NCBI GenBank assembly: GCA_965222115.1
Contig: CBDCTJ010000007.1
Location: 1,568,001-1,632,000, forward strand
DNA from: Planctomycetota bacterium
Lineage (GTDB): Bacteria; Planctomycetota; PLA2; JAEUHO01
Direction of reading: 5' to 3'
DNA length: 64,000 nt
Below, piece by piece: positions 8,307-18,525 of this stretch. Position 1 is the first letter of the stretch, and each line of letters begins with the position of its first letter. Under the pieces are notes generated by a model. That model did not search any database and was not told the DNA's origin. It was given only the letters and a program-made list of their open reading frames with translations. The translations under genes were made by a program, and so were the position numbers.

Positions 8307-11300
8307 TTACTTGGCCATAGGCAGTTTGAGCACCAGCATCTTGTCGTCCTCGGCGCTTGCCGCGAGGCGCGAACCGGGTAGCAGGCTGGGCGCAAATGCG
8401 GGCGATCCCTTGAGATCGGCTTCGATCGATACAGCGCCTTCGTGGGCGTTGTAGACCCACAGTCGTCCATCTGCGCGATGCGCAATGAAGTGGCCGCTCG
8501 TTCCCAGCAAGCCGCCTTGCGATACGCCGCCAAGTTCTTCGACGGACCGCGGCGTTCCATCGCGCATATTGAACATGAATACGCGCCCGCGTCGGTCACT
8601 CACCGCGGCAACATGGCCGGCTTCGGCAGGCGCACCCACGAGGTCTCCGATGCCCTGCTTCATCCAACGAACACGACCGTCTTCCGCAAGCGCAATCAAG
8701 GAGCCGTTGTGAGTGACAGCGAGTACGCCGCTCGGTCCCGAAACCACGTCGCGAATCGAGGAGCGATTGCCCTTGAGGTCAATCACCGACTTGGTGCCCG
8801 TGCGCGCCAGAACGCGAACGATCTTGCCACTTCCGGTTCCTACCCATAGGGCACCGTGACCGTAGGCCGCTCCTGTGCTGGGCTGTACACCGAGTTCAAT
8901 CTGCTTGTCGATCGCGCGCGACCCAATGATGAATAGCGTGCCTTTAGAACTCACAAGGCCCACGGACGAACCCATGGGGGCGAGTTTGCCTATGGGACGA
9001 TCGCAACGAAGTGTGTGAATCTTGGATCCATCACGCTGACTCAGAATATCGACATTGCCACTTACGTAGGCGACGACCAGGCCATGCGGTGTAGCGATGG
9101 GCGACGTGCGCAACCCCTCCACGCCGGAGTGAGACACCGACCACATGATGTTGCCCGTGTCTCCGTTGTGCAGCGACACCCGTCCCGATCGTTCTGCGGT
9201 GGCCACATGATTGCCAAACGGCGAAACGGGAAAGGTCACACGGTTGCCAACGGGCTGTTTCCACGAGGTCTCAGGAATCAGGCGGAAGTTAAGCGTGGTC
9301 ACCGGTTTTTCGGCCGCCGTTTCCACGAGCAAGCTCTGAGGTGTAAATCCAGGCGCGCTTACGCGTACGCTGGTGTTTTGGCCCCAGCCATAACGAATCA
9401 CCATGGGCGCTTTGCCAACTTCCTGTCCATTGACGGTCACCGTGGCACCGCGCGGACTGGATTCAACGCGGAGTGGTAAGGTAAACACCTGCTCGAATCG
9501 CACGAACATGTACTTGCGAATCAAGTTGACGTAGGCCTGGGCCGCTCCGTCCAGATTGCCCTGCTCTTCCAGGCCGCGAGCCACGTCAATATTGCGCCGA
9601 ATCTCGGCAATGCGGCTTCGGCGGCCTTTGACCCAGTTGGGAATGCCACGGCGCTGCAACGCTGTCCATTGTGACGCGAACGTCTGGTCTTCCGCGGCAC
9701 GACTCAGGAGCGATTCAAACTCCTTGTAGACGGCGTCGGCCTCTTCGAGGTCGCCATTGACCATCAGCTCGGGCCCGCGCTCGCGGCAGCGTCGTTCCGC
9801 GGTTGTCAAGTCGTGGCCAATCACAATGCGTCGGCACTCGGCGATATCGGATTCGATGGTCGTCGCCATGTCACGCAACGCCTTGGAACTCGCGCCCAAC
9901 TTAGCAGTCGCACTCCGCAGCGCATCGTGATCTGCCAGATCGGCGAGGCGTTGCATGGTTTCGGTGGCGCTTAGGAGATTCTCCGGATACGCGGGATCGC
10001 GAACGCCTTCGGCTTCGTGGATCAAACGCTCAAGTGAACGGGGATCGTTCTTAAGCAGTCTCGGCGCCTCGCGAATTCGTTGCAGCGTATCCATGCGCTT
10101 GGCCGCATCGCGCTCCATGCGAAATGCGTTGTTGCGCGCGGCACCTGCCACGCTGGCAAGGCGCTTGGGCAATACGGTGCGCAGTTCGGTGAGATCAATC
10201 GAGTCGAGAATCGTCGTCATCTTCTTGCTGACGTCGGGCTTGGGCAGTTCGGTGAGCAACGGTGCGAGTTCGCCGGCGGACATCTTGAGACGCTTGGACA
10301 ACTCGGGGCTGATCTTGTTGCGCTTGGTACGGCCCAGGTCGGGATTCACGATGCGTGCCTGAAGCAACCAGGCCTCTTCGGCTTCCACCGACTCCGGAAA
10401 CTCTTCAATAATTTTGGCAATGATCTCGCGCGCTTCACCCGTGCGGCCCGCTTGGGCGGCCGCGCGAGCATTGTCGAGGAGTTTGGTGGGTGATTTGGGC
10501 CAGAAGACGACGCCCGCGGCGGCCACGAGGGCCAGCAACGCGCCCATGATCGCAACGCGGCGGCGGCGCCCCACAGGGGGAGAAAGCAAAGCACGGAAAT
10601 GATTGAGCGTTGCCGTTTCACTCGGCGCAACTTCTTGGAGTGAATCCCGGAAAAACAGGGCGAGTTCGCGCTCATCGCGGTTGGCACACGTCTTGCCAAT
10701 CAAGCGCGCAACTTGCTTGCCTTGTACCGTTAGCTCTTCGGTGTTGCGCGCGCGCAAGAGTGCATGGGCATAGCGCAATCGCGCCGCCAAATTGTTGGGA
10801 TCGCGCGCAACAATGGGCGCCAAAATCTCTACCGCACGCTCGGGTTCGTCCGAGTCCATGGCATGACGCGCAAGGCGAATCGTGGAGTCGTTGTAAACCT
10901 CGTTATTGCCAGCGACTTCAGCCGCGTGTTGCCGCGCGCGAAGAATCGTGAGGCTCTGCGGGTCACGATCGAGCGCCAGATTGAGCGTGTCCACCGCGGC
11001 GCTGGCTCGACCGGTGTGAATTTGAACCGATCCCAAGGCGAGTAGCGATGCGAGCTCCGCCTTCGTGTTGCCGCTTTGCTTTGCAATGTTTACCAGCGCT
11101 TGAACCGGAACTTCGTTACCTGGTTCCACTTCACCCCATTGAAGCAAGAGACGACGTGCGCCACGGAAGTCACCGCCATTGGCGCGCACTTCGGCGGCGC
11201 GCTGCAACTCTTCGGGTTGTGCCAAGCGCGCTGCGCCGGAATCCACCAAGATGTGTGCGGCGCGCACCGCACGGAAGCGGGAGATACCGAGGAAGAGAGC

Positions 11301-11927
11301 AATCTCGCCAATAAGCGCATGGCCATCCAGGCATGCATGCACGCCGGAGATCGGATCTTCTTCGTCTTCTGGGGCTGGCGGTTCTTCTCCGGGCGTCACA
11401 ACAAAGAGCGCGGCATGGCGACCGAGTGACGCATTGATCTGGCGCCGTTCATCCAGTCGTTGTGCAGCGCGCAGCATCAAACCCGTGGGGTCAACGAGCA
11501 CGCGGCCCAGGAGCCCGAGTTTCGACTCATCCAATTCGCGCTCGTCGAAACTAAACTCGCCAGTGTTCCACGTGAGCAGATCAATGACGGTGTCGTGGGC
11601 AGCACTGCTAATGAGGAGGTTGACGTCTTGCCTCGGCAGTTGACCACTCTCCAGCAACGCGTCGAGCAGGGCTTCGCCGTCGCCGTGTTCCGTGCGCGCC
11701 ATCTTGACGACATCGGCCGTCACCACGCCACGCATGGTGAATGCGTGAATCAAATCTTCCGTGTCGAGTGACTCGGGTTCGAGCACCATGAGCCCTTCGG
11801 GACTCACATAGAGGGCCGCACGACTCGCGCCGTCTCGAAGTTGGAGGATGCCCGCCCCCTGACCCGTCAAACCCGTTTGAAGGAGGTCGGCTAGGCCAAG
11901 ATTGCCAAGATCACCTGTAAGCGCCAT
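8307..11927 (-). CDS. Large membrane protein: DUF4388-type N-terminus, TPRs, TM helix, TPR/coiled region, PEGA domain, PQQ/BamB-like beta-propeller
   Basis: MALTGDLGNLGLADLLQ...WNTGEFSF (DUF4388-like); TPR helices; TM helix near aa 460; VESSPRGATVTVNG (PEGA); W-containing propeller repeats at the C-terminus. Confidence 0.75.
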   Translation of the reverse strand: MALTGDLGNLGLADLLQTGLTGQGAGILQLRDGASRAALYVSPEGLMVLEPESLDTEDLIHAFTMRGVVTADVVKMARTEHGDGEALLDALLESGQLPRQDVNLLISSAAHDTVIDLLTWNTGEFSFDERELDESKLGLLGRVLVDPTGLMLRAAQRLDERRQINASLGRHAALFVVTPGEEPPAPEDEEDPISGVHACLDGHALIGEIALFLGISRFRAVRAAHILVDSGAARLAQPEELQRAAEVRANGGDFRGARRLLLQWGEVEPGNEVPVQALVNIAKQSGNTKAELASLLALGSVQIHTGRASAAVDTLNLALDRDPQSLTILRARQHAAEVAGNNEVYNDSTIRLARHAMDSDEPERAVEILAPIVARDPNNLAARLRYAHALLRARNTEELTVQGKQVARLIGKTCANRDERELALFFRDSLQEVAPSETATLNHFRALLSPPVGRRRRVAIMGALLALVAAAGVVFWPKSPTKLLDNARAAAQAGRTGEAREIIAKIIEEFPESVEAEEAWLLQARIVNPDLGRTKRNKISPELSKRLKMSAGELAPLLTELPKPDVSKKMTTILDSIDLTELRTVLPKRLASVAGAARNNAFRMERDAAKRMDTLQRIREAPRLLKNDPRSLERLIHEAEGVRDPAYPENLLSATETMQRLADLADHDALRSATAKLGASSKALRDMATTIESDIAECRRIVIGHDLTTAERRCRERGPELMVNGDLEEADAVYKEFESLLSRAAEDQTFASQWTALQRRGIPNWVKGRRSRIAEIRRNIDVARGLEEQGNLDGAAQAYVNLIRKYMFVRFEQVFTLPLRVESSPRGATVTVNGQEVGKAPMVIRYGWGQNTSVRVSAPGFTPQSLLVETAAEKPVTTLNFRLIPETSWKQPVGNRVTFPVSPFGNHVATAERSGRVSLHNGDTGNIMWSVSHSGVEGLRTSPIATPHGLVVAYVSGNVDILSQRDGSKIHTLRCDRPIGKLAPMGSSVGLVSSKGTLFIIGSRAIDKQIELGVQPSTGAAYGHGALWVGTGSGKIVRVLARTGTKSVIDLKGNRSSIRDVVSGPSGVLAVTHNGSLIALAEDGRVRWMKQGIGDLVGAPAEAGHVAAVSDRRGRVFMFNMRDGTPRSVEELGGVSQGGLLGTSGHFIAHRADGRLWVYNAHEGAVSIEADLKGSPAFAPSLLPGSRLAASAEDDKMLVLKLPMAK

Positions 11928-12209
11928 GTCGTTTCCACCCGCGGAGGGAGCCCGAGCCCGGGCATTGATTTGGCTCTCCTATCGACGCGGATGGACGTGC
12001 ATCTGTAGTGTTCGTGTGTGGCGGTGTGCAGAAAAATCGTCAAATAACGCCTGCGCGTACCCCAGTACTTCAGCTAGGCGCGAACGCGTTTCTGGCATCC
12101 GCTCTAACGACCTAGAACGTAAAGGGTTAGGTCGGGCCGCAGGAGATGTCACGGGCGCTGTTTGTCGTCGTGTGAGTCCCTACATGTTCATTCGGATGAA
12201 CGGTCGCCG

Positions 12210-13133
12210 CTACGTTTGCTGAGACGTAGAGGTCGCCTGAGACGTAAAGCTCGACCCCGTGAGTCGTTCGTAGATCTCGCGATAGGTGTTTGATGTTTGT
12301 TGCACGACTTCATCGGGAAGCGTGGGGGCCGGTGGATTGCGATCCCATCCATGGTCGTCGAGCCAATTGCGCACGAGTTGTTTGTCGAAGGACTTCTGAG
12401 ACTTGCCGGGCGCGTAGAGCGAGGCGTCCCAAAAGCGACTCGAATCAGGCGTTAACACTTCATCACCCAACGTGAGCGTTCCCTTGTCGTCGGCGCCAAA
12501 CTCAAACTTGGTGTCGGCAATGATGACGCCGCGTTCCGCCGCGATGGATCGCGCACGTTCGTACACCGCCTTGGAGACGGTACGCAGCGCTTCGGCCAGT
12601 TCCTTCCCTACGATGGAGATCATGGTGTCAAAGTCGATGTTTTCGTCGTGGCCCTCTTCGGCTTTGGTGGCTGGCGTGAAGAGAGGCGGAGCGAGTTTGC
12701 AACTCTGCTCCAATCCGGCAGGCAGTGCGTGCCCACAAACCGCTCCGGTGCGCGTGTAGTCTTTCCATCCGCTACCGACCAAGTATCCACGAACCACACA
12801 CTCAACCGGTGCCATCTTGAGACGCTTGACCAACATGCTGCGGCCGGCCAAGACGGAACGATGCGCGCGAACCTCGGGCGGCATGGCGTCGACATCGGCC
12901 GTAATCAGATGATTGGGCGTGAGATCGCTCAGTTGATCAAACCAAAATAGTGAAAGCCGCGTGAGGATTTCGCCCTTGAAGGGAATCGCCGGCGACAAGA
13001 CGACGTCATAGGCGCTGAGCCGGTCGGTGGCCACCAAGAGCAGGTCTTCGCCAACCTCATAGATGTCGCGCACCTTTCCGCGTTGCACGAGTTTCAATCC
13101 ATCAAGCGTGGTGCTGGATACGGCGGTGGTCAT
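12210..13133 (-). CDS. purC: SAICAR synthetase
   Basis: GKVRDIY, ATDRLSAYD, ECVVRGY, DTKFEFG, DEVLTPDSSRFW, SFDKQ; AGGAG RBS. Confidence 0.97.
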   Translation of the reverse strand: MTTAVSSTTLDGLKLVQRGKVRDIYEVGEDLLLVATDRLSAYDVVLSPAIPFKGEILTRLSLFWFDQLSDLTPNHLITADVDAMPPEVRAHRSVLAGRSMLVKRLKMAPVECVVRGYLVGSGWKDYTRTGAVCGHALPAGLEQSCKLAPPLFTPATKAEEGHDENIDFDTMISIVGKELAEALRTVSKAVYERARSIAAERGVIIADTKFEFGADDKGTLTLGDEVLTPDSSRFWDASLYAPGKSQKSFDKQLVRNWLDDHGWDRNPPAPTLPDEVVQQTSNTYREIYERLTGSSFTSQATSTSQQT

Positions 13134-13246
13134 GGTGTCTCCTGCTATGGGCTTGTCGTGATTGCGAATCACGTTTTTGCCCGGCGAAATGCGCGTCACT
13201 CGACGCCAAAATACGGTCCGAATGAGCGCTTCCTATACTCGCGCGC

Positions 13247-14515
13247 GTGCAATGGCATGTACCTAGAATTCGCGGACCCGTCGATGTGCGTGTGGCGGTT
13301 CCGCCCTCCAAGTCTCAGCATCAGCGCTACCTCATTTTGCAGGCGCTAGCCGACACGCCGGTGCCCATTCACTCCTCAGGCGATGCCGAACCTTCCCAGG
13401 ACGTCGTGGCGCTATGGCGTGCGATGCAGTGCCTGGGCACGTGGGCGGACGGTGCGCTTGGGGCGAGTCGCGAGTCCCGCACACTAAACTTGGGCTATTG
13501 CGGCGCGGGGTTTCGATTCTCGATGGTCGCCGCGGCACTCCGGCCGGCGGGTAGCCGAACGCTCGTCACGGGTAGACCCGCACTGCTTGCGCGTCCTCAT
13601 CGCCCACTTCTAAGATCGCTCATCCGACTGGGTGTCGCTGGCAAACGACGCGGAAGCGGGGCCATGCGCGTGCTTTCGCGAGTCGTTCCGCCAGACTCCC
13701 GCGTGTGGGCGGACGCAACGACCAGTAGTCAGTTCGTGTCGGCACTTGCCCTGGCTGCGCCGCGCTGGGGTGGACTTCGCATCGACATGGTGAAGGATCC
13801 CGTATCGCTGCCCTATATCGAAACGACGCGCGATGCGCTTCGTAGCGCCGGCATTGGGTCGGCGTGGGTACTTGAGACCGATCGTCGTTCGCTCTTGATT
13901 GATGGTGGCGCGCCCGCGGCAACGAGCTTTGTCGTCGAGCCCGATGCATCGAGTGCTGCGGTATGGTGGGCGCTCGCCGCAATGCGTGGCGGACGCACGC
14001 AGGTGCAAGGACTTACGTCCACCAGCCTTCAGGCGGATATGAATCTGCTGGACGTACTCGATCTTCGCAGCGCCGTGGAGCCCAACGCAAACGACGGGTT
14101 CGTGCTCAATGTGTCTACGCCGCTCCGCGATCGAACACTTCCGAAGACGTTTGATCTGCAAGCAAGTTCGGACCTAGTGCCCATCGTCGCTGCCGCCGCC
14201 ACGCAACTGCCCGGTCACACGCGCATCGTTGGCGCGTCCCACGTGCAGTGGAAGGAGAGCCGTCGGCTCCACACCATGGCGGAGGGGATCTGCGCGCTCG
14301 GCGGTGAGGCGGATGTAACGAATGGCGTACTCACGGTCGGCGATGCTCCACTCTCCGGCGGCGTTGTCGATTGCCATGGGGATCATCGTTTGGTCATGGC
14401 GTTTGCGCTCCTGGGTGCGGGGCGCGGGGATGTCGTCGTGCGTGGAGCCCAGGCAGTTGCGAAGTCCTACCCCGAATTTCCGAATCACTTCCTGCACATC
14501 GCGCAGGCGTCGTAG
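13247..14515 (+). CDS. aroA: EPSP synthase (3-phosphoshikimate 1-carboxyvinyltransferase), divergent
   Basis: PPSKS, SSQFVSAL, SLPYIETT, EPDASSA, KESRRL, DHRLVMAF, KSYPEF. Confidence 0.85.
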   Translation: MQWHVPRIRGPVDVRVAVPPSKSQHQRYLILQALADTPVPIHSSGDAEPSQDVVALWRAMQCLGTWADGALGASRESRTLNLGYCGAGFRFSMVAAALRPAGSRTLVTGRPALLARPHRPLLRSLIRLGVAGKRRGSGAMRVLSRVVPPDSRVWADATTSSQFVSALALAAPRWGGLRIDMVKDPVSLPYIETTRDALRSAGIGSAWVLETDRRSLLIDGGAPAATSFVVEPDASSAAVWWALAAMRGGRTQVQGLTSTSLQADMNLLDVLDLRSAVEPNANDGFVLNVSTPLRDRTLPKTFDLQASSDLVPIVAAAATQLPGHTRIVGASHVQWKESRRLHTMAEGICALGGEADVTNGVLTVGDAPLSGGVVDCHGDHRLVMAFALLGAGRGDVVVRGAQAVAKSYPEFPNHFLHIAQAS

Positions 14516-14572
14516 CCGTCAAATGGGGCAGGGAACCTGCGGTTTTGCCCGTCCACAAAGTACGATTTCCTG

Positions 14573-16387
14573 ATGCGACGCTACCGCAGCCTTGGGGCCC
14601 TTGCGCTTCCGACCGTACTCGTCTTGCTTTGCATGCCGCCCGCGCATGCCAAAGAGGGGAACCGTCCGTACTTGATGGGCCTTCCTTGGGAGAGCGCCGT
14701 TGTTCGTGGCATCGATCGTCAAGACCGAGATCGACGCCGCTTGCAGGGTGCCGGCTTCGACTCGATGGTGCGTAAGTACGCCACCGCTGCGCGCCGGGAT
14801 CCCAGCCTGGCCAACCTCTACTTGCTGGGCCGAGGCAACGCCCTTCGCTATGTCTGGCGCAGGAATCGAATCAAGAACGAGAAGAACGTCTTGGAGCGCA
14901 CGAATCACGAACGGCGGGCACCTCGCGATTACTCCGATGCCGTTGCCGCCTATCGCGATGTTATGAAGAAGGAGCCGCGCTGCTACTTCGCCTATCACGA
15001 TCTCGGCATGCTTGAACTTGCGCGCGCCAAACCCAATCGTCGGCGCGCGTTTGACTACCTTGTGCAGGCGCTGCACATCAACGATCGTTATATAGACGCT
15101 CGCCGCAAGCTGATTTTGATGTATTTGGAAGGCAAGCAGTTTCCCGAAGCGATTCCACTGCTCGTGCGGTTGATTCAACAAGAGCCCGCAGATCGTATCG
15201 CGCGCGTTCAATTGATCAATGCGTATGCGAAAGTCGGTCGCTATGACGTGGCGCGATCACATTTGTCACCCTTGCTACAAACCGAACCCAACAATCCGGT
15301 GTTTCGCGACCTGTCCGCGCAACTCGATTCCAAGGTGGGACGCGCCGACCAGGCAATCGCAACGTACCGCGGTCTTGCAAAAGAGAATCCCACGTCCCCG
15401 GCGCCCTTCCTTGGCATCCTTCGCATCATTGAAAGCAAGCGTACCGCTAAGCAGCAATTCAAATTGGAAGACTACCATTTTGCATTGAGCGGCATCATGC
15501 GTATTGAGCGAGATCCTGCGCGACGCGCGGCCCTGCAAAGGGATCTCGAAAAGCTCGAACGCGCCATGGCAGCGCCCAAGACGCCGCGCGATCCCAATAA
15601 ACCGCCATCGGAGTCAGAGATCATCGCTGTGTTGGATCGTGGGACATTGGAACAGCGTCGTCAGGCGCTGCTCTACGTGTTGACGCGTGAGGAGAATCCG
15701 TCTCCCGCCATCATGAAAGCCGTCATGCGCCGTATTGCCGCGCGAACAGAGAGCGATCCGGCGAGCCGCGTGATTGCGGTGCGCACGCTGGGGCGCCGCG
15801 GCGGTTCAGCGCTAATTCCCCTCATTCGATTGGCTCTGCGGGATGCAAATGAACACGTGCGCAGTCAAGCCGCCGACACCTTGACCCGGATCGCCGAGCG
15901 CGACGGTCGCGTCAGTCGGTCCGTCATGATCATTCTGGGCCGTCATGCGTTGGCGCCCGAGATTGAGTTTCCCGCTGCGGTCCGCCTGCACATTCTGCGG
16001 TTGGCGGAAGCCCACTTGGATGTGGATTCGAAGAGTTCGGACCGTGAGCACCGCGAGGCCTTCCGCACGTGGTGGCGCACGCCCCGAGTCGAGGACTTGA
16101 TCATTCAGGGTCTGGATGGCTATGACCGTCTGGGTGATCGCTTTGCCGAGCAGATACTTGGACCGTTCGTCCGCTCGCCTTCCTTCTTGGTGTTCAAGAC
16201 GGCCTGGCGCGCGCTTGAGGCCCATCGCACGGTCATGATGGCAGATGGTGGCGCGAAGGCCGGAGGTGCGACACGTTTGGCGTGGTTTCGCGCGATGCCT
16301 CGTTACGTTGAGTCGTCGTGCGTCCCCGCCAATCACAACACCGGGCGTACGGCGTTGGAGGCATGGCTTGCGCGTGCCCCTCGTTGA
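14573..16387 (+). CDS. Exported TPR + HEAT repeat protein
   Basis: Signal peptide (...PPAHA-KE), multiple TPRs, HEAT-like LRDANEHVRSQAADTL, FRTWW cap. Confidence 0.75.
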   Translation: MRRYRSLGALALPTVLVLLCMPPAHAKEGNRPYLMGLPWESAVVRGIDRQDRDRRRLQGAGFDSMVRKYATAARRDPSLANLYLLGRGNALRYVWRRNRIKNEKNVLERTNHERRAPRDYSDAVAAYRDVMKKEPRCYFAYHDLGMLELARAKPNRRRAFDYLVQALHINDRYIDARRKLILMYLEGKQFPEAIPLLVRLIQQEPADRIARVQLINAYAKVGRYDVARSHLSPLLQTEPNNPVFRDLSAQLDSKVGRADQAIATYRGLAKENPTSPAPFLGILRIIESKRTAKQQFKLEDYHFALSGIMRIERDPARRAALQRDLEKLERAMAAPKTPRDPNKPPSESEIIAVLDRGTLEQRRQALLYVLTREENPSPAIMKAVMRRIAARTESDPASRVIAVRTLGRRGGSALIPLIRLALRDANEHVRSQAADTLTRIAERDGRVSRSVMIILGRHALAPEIEFPAAVRLHILRLAEAHLDVDSKSSDREHREAFRTWWRTPRVEDLIIQGLDGYDRLGDRFAEQILGPFVRSPSFLVFKTAWRALEAHRTVMMADGGAKAGGATRLAWFRAMPRYVESSCVPANHNTGRTALEAWLARAPR

Positions 16388-16423
16388 GGCAGGTGTCGTT
16401 GCCTCGTTGGAGAGAGAGTTCCT

Positions 16424-18439
16424 ATGCGATCGCGAAAGCCCCGCACTCGAATCTCAACCGTCATCCTCATCGGGTTTGTTGCTTGCATGCTGTTCACGGC
16501 GCGCGGCGGACCCACGTGCTTTGCCGATGACGCCTTGGACGCGCGCGTAGAACGAGCGCGCGCCTCCCAAGATGCAGAACTTCGGCAGGCGCGCAAACGC
16601 GATCCGAAGCGCGGCGTCTACTCTTATGCCCAAGAAGTGGTCAAACGAGCCATTGAGCGACCCAACGATGCCCTGTTGCTCTACATGGCGGGCCGCGCGG
16701 CGTTTTACGCCGGACAAAAGGACCACGCCGCCACGTATATGCGTCGCGCACACAGCATTCGCCCGGATCTTTGGCACGCCGCGTTGTCCATGGCGCAGTT
16801 GAGCTACGCAAGCAAGTCTTGGGACGTGCTCGACCAGTGGCTCGCGGAAGTCTACAAACACAACCCGGAGAGCATTCGCGCACGAGACATCGAAGTGCAG
16901 GGCCTCATTGCGCGTGGGCGACATGCGGACGCGATTCCAATCCTAAAGAAGCTCGTGGCGGCCCATCCCACCGAGTTGCGCCTACGCGCGCTTCTTGCGG
17001 AGAGCCATTTCAAGGAGAAGGACGCGAAGAACGCCATCTATCACCTGGAAAAGCTGCGAGGCTCGGCGTTGTGGAACGCGGACGCGCGCGTGCGCTACCT
17101 CCTGGCCCGCTGTTATGCCGCCTCGTCCCGTTGGGACCAAGCGCTTTTGGTTATGGAAGAGTTGCGTCGCGAAGGCGCGTTTGAGAAACAGCGCGAGTTG
17201 CACCAGCAGTACGTATTTATGCTCTGGCAAGCGAAGCGAACCGAAGACTTTCTTCGGGAGGCTGCGGCCTACGTGCGGGTCGTGCCCAAAGACGCTGGGA
17301 TGTGGGCCCACTTGGAAGCCATCTATGCGACACGAAAGGAACATACCAAACGCGTGCATGCGCTCCGACAGCTCTTGACCCTTGCGAAGGACGACAAGGC
17401 GAGGAAACAGATCGCGCAACTGATCAAGAACTTTGAGCGCGCATTTGCCGACGGATTGAAGGACGGCGACCCACTGCCGGATAGTTCGGCGTCGGCCAAG
17501 ACGCCAAGCACAGGCGTGATGAAGAATTCGCTCATGGAGCTTATGAGTCGCTGCATTCACAAAGACGTGAAGGTGCGGCGTGCCGCGTTGCGCGAGTACT
17601 ACGAGTATGACATTGGTGGTGTGTACCCGATCGTCTACACGCGCTTTGATCACTCGATCGAACCCGATCCCGAGTGCCGCATATGGGCGTTGAAGATTCT
17701 GGGGCGGTTCGGCGTGTCGAGCGTCTCCGACGCAAGCCTCGTACAGGACACTGCGTGGCGCCTGGCTACAGCGCTTACCGATCCCGATAGCGGCGTGCGA
17801 AGGATCGCCGCCGAAGAGATTGGCAATCTTGGCGTGAAGTCCGCCAGTCTCTATGTTCTTCCCTACTTCTTTATTCTTCCTGTGACGAACGTGCCCAGTG
17901 TTGAGGAGCACAAAAAGTCATTGGAGGCCGAGTACAACGCCGCTCGACTGACGCTTCGAGAACTGATGGGGTTCCGCGATACGAGTGTTGGCGAAGAGAA
18001 ATGGATCAAGTTGGCCGATGCCGCGGCCAATCGCTCCACGTGGGAAACATGGCTTTCGAGTCCCGCCGGTTCTGAGGCCAAGCTTGAGGCGATTCAAGAC
18101 ATCAAAGACCTCAAGGCACGCTCGTCGCATGTGCGTCATGCCCACTGGTTGGCGCGCTACCTTAACTCCTACATTGTTGCCCCAGGGAGTCCTCCAGCCG
18201 TCGCCCGCGCGGCATACAAAATCGTGCGAGATGCGCGCGTTGCGATTCGCACTTCTAAGGAAAAGGACACGTTCTTCTCCGGATTTCCCGTCGTACGCGA
18301 TGCTGAACTCACCGACGACGCCATGGCCAATCTTGGCAAACAAATTCAACAGTGGCGCCTTGCCGCGAATCGGCGTTTGCAGAAGAAGGCGCCGCGGGCG
18401 CCCGCCGATCCACCGGCGGGTTTTCCCGGTTCAAAGTAG
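16424..18439 (+). CDS. Exported TPR + HEAT repeat protein
   Basis: N-terminal hydrophobic signal, TPRs, HEAT LTDPDSGVRRIAAEEIG, WETWL cap. Same architecture as the upstream gene. Confidence 0.75.
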   Translation: MRSRKPRTRISTVILIGFVACMLFTARGGPTCFADDALDARVERARASQDAELRQARKRDPKRGVYSYAQEVVKRAIERPNDALLLYMAGRAAFYAGQKDHAATYMRRAHSIRPDLWHAALSMAQLSYASKSWDVLDQWLAEVYKHNPESIRARDIEVQGLIARGRHADAIPILKKLVAAHPTELRLRALLAESHFKEKDAKNAIYHLEKLRGSALWNADARVRYLLARCYAASSRWDQALLVMEELRREGAFEKQRELHQQYVFMLWQAKRTEDFLREAAAYVRVVPKDAGMWAHLEAIYATRKEHTKRVHALRQLLTLAKDDKARKQIAQLIKNFERAFADGLKDGDPLPDSSASAKTPSTGVMKNSLMELMSRCIHKDVKVRRAALREYYEYDIGGVYPIVYTRFDHSIEPDPECRIWALKILGRFGVSSVSDASLVQDTAWRLATALTDPDSGVRRIAAEEIGNLGVKSASLYVLPYFFILPVTNVPSVEEHKKSLEAEYNAARLTLRELMGFRDTSVGEEKWIKLADAAANRSTWETWLSSPAGSEAKLEAIQDIKDLKARSSHVRHAHWLARYLNSYIVAPGSPPAVARAAYKIVRDARVAIRTSKEKDTFFSGFPVVRDAELTDDAMANLGKQIQQWRLAANRRLQKKAPRAPADPPAGFPGSK

Positions 18440-18525
18440 AATCAATCGCTGCACCTCGGCGCGCTCCTGAAGCGTCGATCTGCCAGAGAGACACTCAGTC
18501 ATTTTATTTTCATGATGGAGATTCC

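Noticed and set aside
10682-10696. Sigma54-like TGGCAC-N5-TTGC
   Set aside because: Lies inside a CDS on the antisense strand with no downstream gene; likely chance.
12101-12132. Possible integron attC site (CTCTAAC...GTTAGGT)
   Set aside because: Only about 30 bp, far shorter than an attC; single copy; the xerC-type gene lacks the IntI-specific insertion.
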